Shown one piece after another: positions 26,036 to 28,073 of a stretch of DNA of 28,073 nt. The stretch covers positions 1 through 28,073 of the forward strand of contig JANLOX010000341.1 in NCBI GenBank assembly GCA_031366795.1, in the 5' to 3' direction. The translations under genes were made by a program, and so were the position numbers. The stretch comes from Candidatus Eiseniibacteriota bacterium. GTDB taxonomy: Bacteria; Eisenbacteria; RBG-16-71-46. The notes under the pieces are model-generated. The model was not told where the DNA came from and ran no database searches. It saw nothing but the letters and a program-made list of their open reading frames with translations. Position 1 is the stretch's first letter. Each line of letters opens with the position of its first letter.

Positions 26036-26175
26036 GGTACTCCTCGGTTAACGCGGCGCGAGGAACCTGAAGCGGCCGCGGCGATGCCCCTCTACGGGAT
26101 GTCGTTGCATGGGATGCTGCGGCAGCAATTGAGGACTACCGCGTCCGGGGTAGGCGATTCACCACGGACTGAAGC

Positions 26176-26661
26176 TCAGTCGCCGAACAGCGCGTCGACC
26201 TGCTGCTCAGCCACGGCCGTGAACTCGGGTTCGACCATCGCTCCTTCGGCCAGACCGACCTTCTCGAGCAACTCGCGGAACACCCCATCGAGGGAGTGCG
26301 ACGCGCGGTTGGCGCGGAAGCGCACCAACCCGAGAGTGCTGCGGCGGTCGAACACGGTCGCCATGATGACGCGGTCGGCCAACAGACAGGAGTAGACCGA
26401 GCGCGACTTGCCTTCGCTCACGACGGCCTCAACGCCTTGATCGCCAAGCATTTGCGCGAGTTCGGCATTGGCGGTGAATTCCGCGGCGATCAGGCTGGCG
26501 AAGCCGGTGGGATCGAGGTCGCCCACGCGTCCGGAGGAGGTGATCAACTGACCGGAGCGGTCGACCAAGTGTACCGAGACTGCATTGGTGCGTTCGATGA
26601 GCTCGTTCAGCGTCTCATCAATGACTCGAAAGTCATTTTCGAACAGAGTCCACTGAGGCAT
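26176..26661 (-). CDS. mglB: MglB roadblock/LC7-domain protein (MglA GAP)
   Basis: LVDRSGQLI, D...ASL.A....A...LA...G, VFD.RSTLGLVR, C-terminal VDALFGD, as in Myxococcus MglB; ATG 26661 with GGAGAGAGG RBS; upstream of mglA. Confidence 0.9.
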   Translation of the reverse strand: MPQWTLFENDFRVIDETLNELIERTNAVSVHLVDRSGQLITSSGRVGDLDPTGFASLIAAEFTANAELAQMLGDQGVEAVVSEGKSRSVYSCLLADRVIMATVFDRRSTLGLVRFRANRASHSLDGVFRELLEKVGLAEGAMVEPEFTAVAEQQVDALFGD

Positions 26662-26730
26662 TGCCTCTCTCCCGGGTGTGCGAACTTCGTGTGCCGGAGA
26701 CTCCGGGCACGTCCATGTACCAAGTGCACA

Positions 26731-26757
26731 ATTATCACCCCCGCGCCAAACGGGCAA
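26731..26757 (-). promoter_or_regulatory. Possible promoter for mglBA-pgpA-cinA
   Basis: TTGCCC ...15 nt... GATAAT in the divergent intergenic region; spacing is suboptimal. Confidence 0.3.
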
Positions 26758-26811
26758 GTGTCGATTTTGCCGGAGCTTCCTTCGACACTTTCGATCCGGC
26801 ATGATGGCGGG

Positions 26812-28073
26812 GTGACCAAGCCCCCGATCAGGACCTCGACCCGGCCGCTCAAGACAACCGCTCCAGCGCCCCGCTGGGTGCCGTTGTTGCTTGGCGTACT
26901 CGCCCTGATCGGCGCCACCGCGCACATCATCTATATGCGCGTCATGTTCGACGATGCCTACATTACCTACCGTTACGCGAAGAACCTGGCGCATGGCATG
27001 GGACTCGTGTTCAACCCCGGCGAGCGCGTTGAGGGTTACTCGAACTTTCTGTGGATGCTGATGATGTCGGTGGTCGTGCTGGCCGGCGGGCGCCCCGAAG
27101 ACGTCGGCCCGGTGCTGAGCGCCCTGATCGCGCTGGCAACGCTGGTGCTGGTGATGTGGTTCGCCCAACGCCGCGGCCGGATCGGCTGGCTCGCGGGGCT
27201 GATGCTTGCGGCGAGCAGCTGTTGGGTGACCTGGGCGACCGGCGGCCTCGAGACCGCGCTGTTCGGCGGGCTGCTGACGCTCGGCGTGATTGGGCTGCTG
27301 CGCGCCCTCGAGCGGCGTCACCCCGTCGACCTGCGCTGGCTCCACGCCAGCGCCATCGGCTTTGGCCTTGCCTGCCTGACGCGGCCCGATGGTCCCTTGC
27401 TCGCCGTGTGCGCGGTGATCGCCGTCGCCGTGCTGGTGGTGCGCGGCCACCTGCGCCTGACCGACGCCATGAGCTGGATGATGCTGCTCATCCTGTTGGC
27501 ACTCCCCCACGTGATATGGCGTTACAACTATTATGGGCGGCTGGTCCCCAACACCTTCGCGGTCAAGCCGCCGGGGGCGACGCGGCTCGTGTTCGGCGCG
27601 CACTATCTGGCGACTGCCGCGCGCGACCTCTGGCTATGGCTCCTGCTGGTGCCGGTCGCCCTGCTGGCCCTGTTGCGCGCGCGCCCTCGCGGCTTGAGCC
27701 GCATCGATGTCACGCTGACTGCGGCGGTCGTGCTGCCGTTCCTCGCCTACCTCGCCACGACCGGCGGCGACTTCATGCCGGTGTTCCGCTTCGTCGCCCC
27801 CCTTCTGCCACTGGTCACGCTGGTCGCGGTGATGGCGTTCGCCGGCCTCGTCGATGCACTGCGCCCACGGCGGCTCGCCTGGCTGGGAGCGATCATTGGC
27901 GCGGTGACGGTCGCCGCCTACGTCACGCTGAACCTTACGCACTCGATGAAGCAGCAGGACATCTGGAGCGAAGGCGAACTCGTCTCGGTTGGCTGGGCGC
28001 GGCAGGAAGTCGACGATTGGCTGCGCATCGGCGACCTGCTCGCGAAGGTCGCCGCACCCACCGACACGCTGGC
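26812..28073 (+). CDS. GT-C-fold multi-TM membrane glycosyltransferase (AftB-like), 3'-truncated; absent from the ORF track
   Basis: Frame 1 is open from GTG 26812 to the window end: FDDAYITYRYAKNLAHGMGLVFNPGERVEGYSNFLW, TGGLETALF, LTRPDG, YYGRLVPNTF, GGDFMPVFRF, with many TM helices. Confidence 0.8.
   Translation, partial: MTKPPIRTSTRPLKTTAPAPRWVPLLLGVLALIGATAHIIYMRVMFDDAYITYRYAKNLAHGMGLVFNPGERVEGYSNFLWMLMMSVVVLAGGRPEDVGPVLSALIALATLVLVMWFAQRRGRIGWLAGLMLAASSCWVTWATGGLETALFGGLLTLGVIGLLRALERRHPVDLRWLHASAIGFGLACLTRPDGPLLAVCAVIAVAVLVVRGHLRLTDAMSWMMLLILLALPHVIWRYNYYGRLVPNTFAVKPPGATRLVFGAHYLATAARDLWLWLLLVPVALLALLRARPRGLSRIDVTLTAAVVLPFLAYLATTGGDFMPVFRFVAPLLPLVTLVAVMAFAGLVDALRPRRLAWLGAIIGAVTVAAYVTLNLTHSMKQQDIWSEGELVSVGWARQEVDDWLRIGDLLAKVAAPTDTL

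Noticed and set aside
26716..26728. TGTAC-CAA-GTGCA upstream of mglB as a second SOS box
   Set aside because: The spacer is 3 nt rather than 4 and the left half-site is weak; not supportable without a genome-derived matrix.
26662..27603. 475-aa ORF suggesting a large MglB fusion
   Set aside because: The extension is the antisense shadow of the plus-strand GT-C gene; MglB starts at ATG 26661 with a good RBS.

Overview
High-GC bacterial chromosome segment of core housekeeping genes, almost all on the minus strand. The gene mix (SpoVG, DUF2232, long L25/Ctc, TonB, MglAB, and an SSB starting '[10 protein letters not shown]') suggests a diderm of the FCB-related/candidate-phylum type such as Ca. 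Eisenbacteria; this is inference only. Minus-strand order: mglB-mglA-pgpA-cinA | recA | TPR lipoprotein-recX | SAM methyltransferase-alaS-rfbA-rfbD-gmhA-UbiA-type (DPPR synthase-like) phosphoribosyltransferase-ispE-spoVG | tRNA-Gln(TTG)-prs-rplY-pth-rpsF-ssb-rpsR-DUF2232-rplI-PPIase/TPR-DUF151 nuclease-periplasmic binding protein. The plus strand carries a 5'-truncated two-domain amidase plus a TonB-C protein at the left, and a 3'-truncated GT-C (AftB-like) membrane glycosyltransferase at the right that the ORF track missed. No mobile elements, CRISPR or rRNA were seen. Best leads: (1) an exact sigma28-type promoter (TAAA-N15-GCCGATAA) heading the methyltransferase-alaS-sugar-nucleotide block; (2) an MglA GTPase with a ~160-aa Pro-rich, basic-tipped tail coupled to pgpA; (3) a Fibrobacter-type LexA box at recA; (4) a hairpin-dense ~240-nt leader before prs; (5) a degenerate second amidase domain; (6) a possible polyprenyl-phospho-pentose/GT-C glycosylation route.
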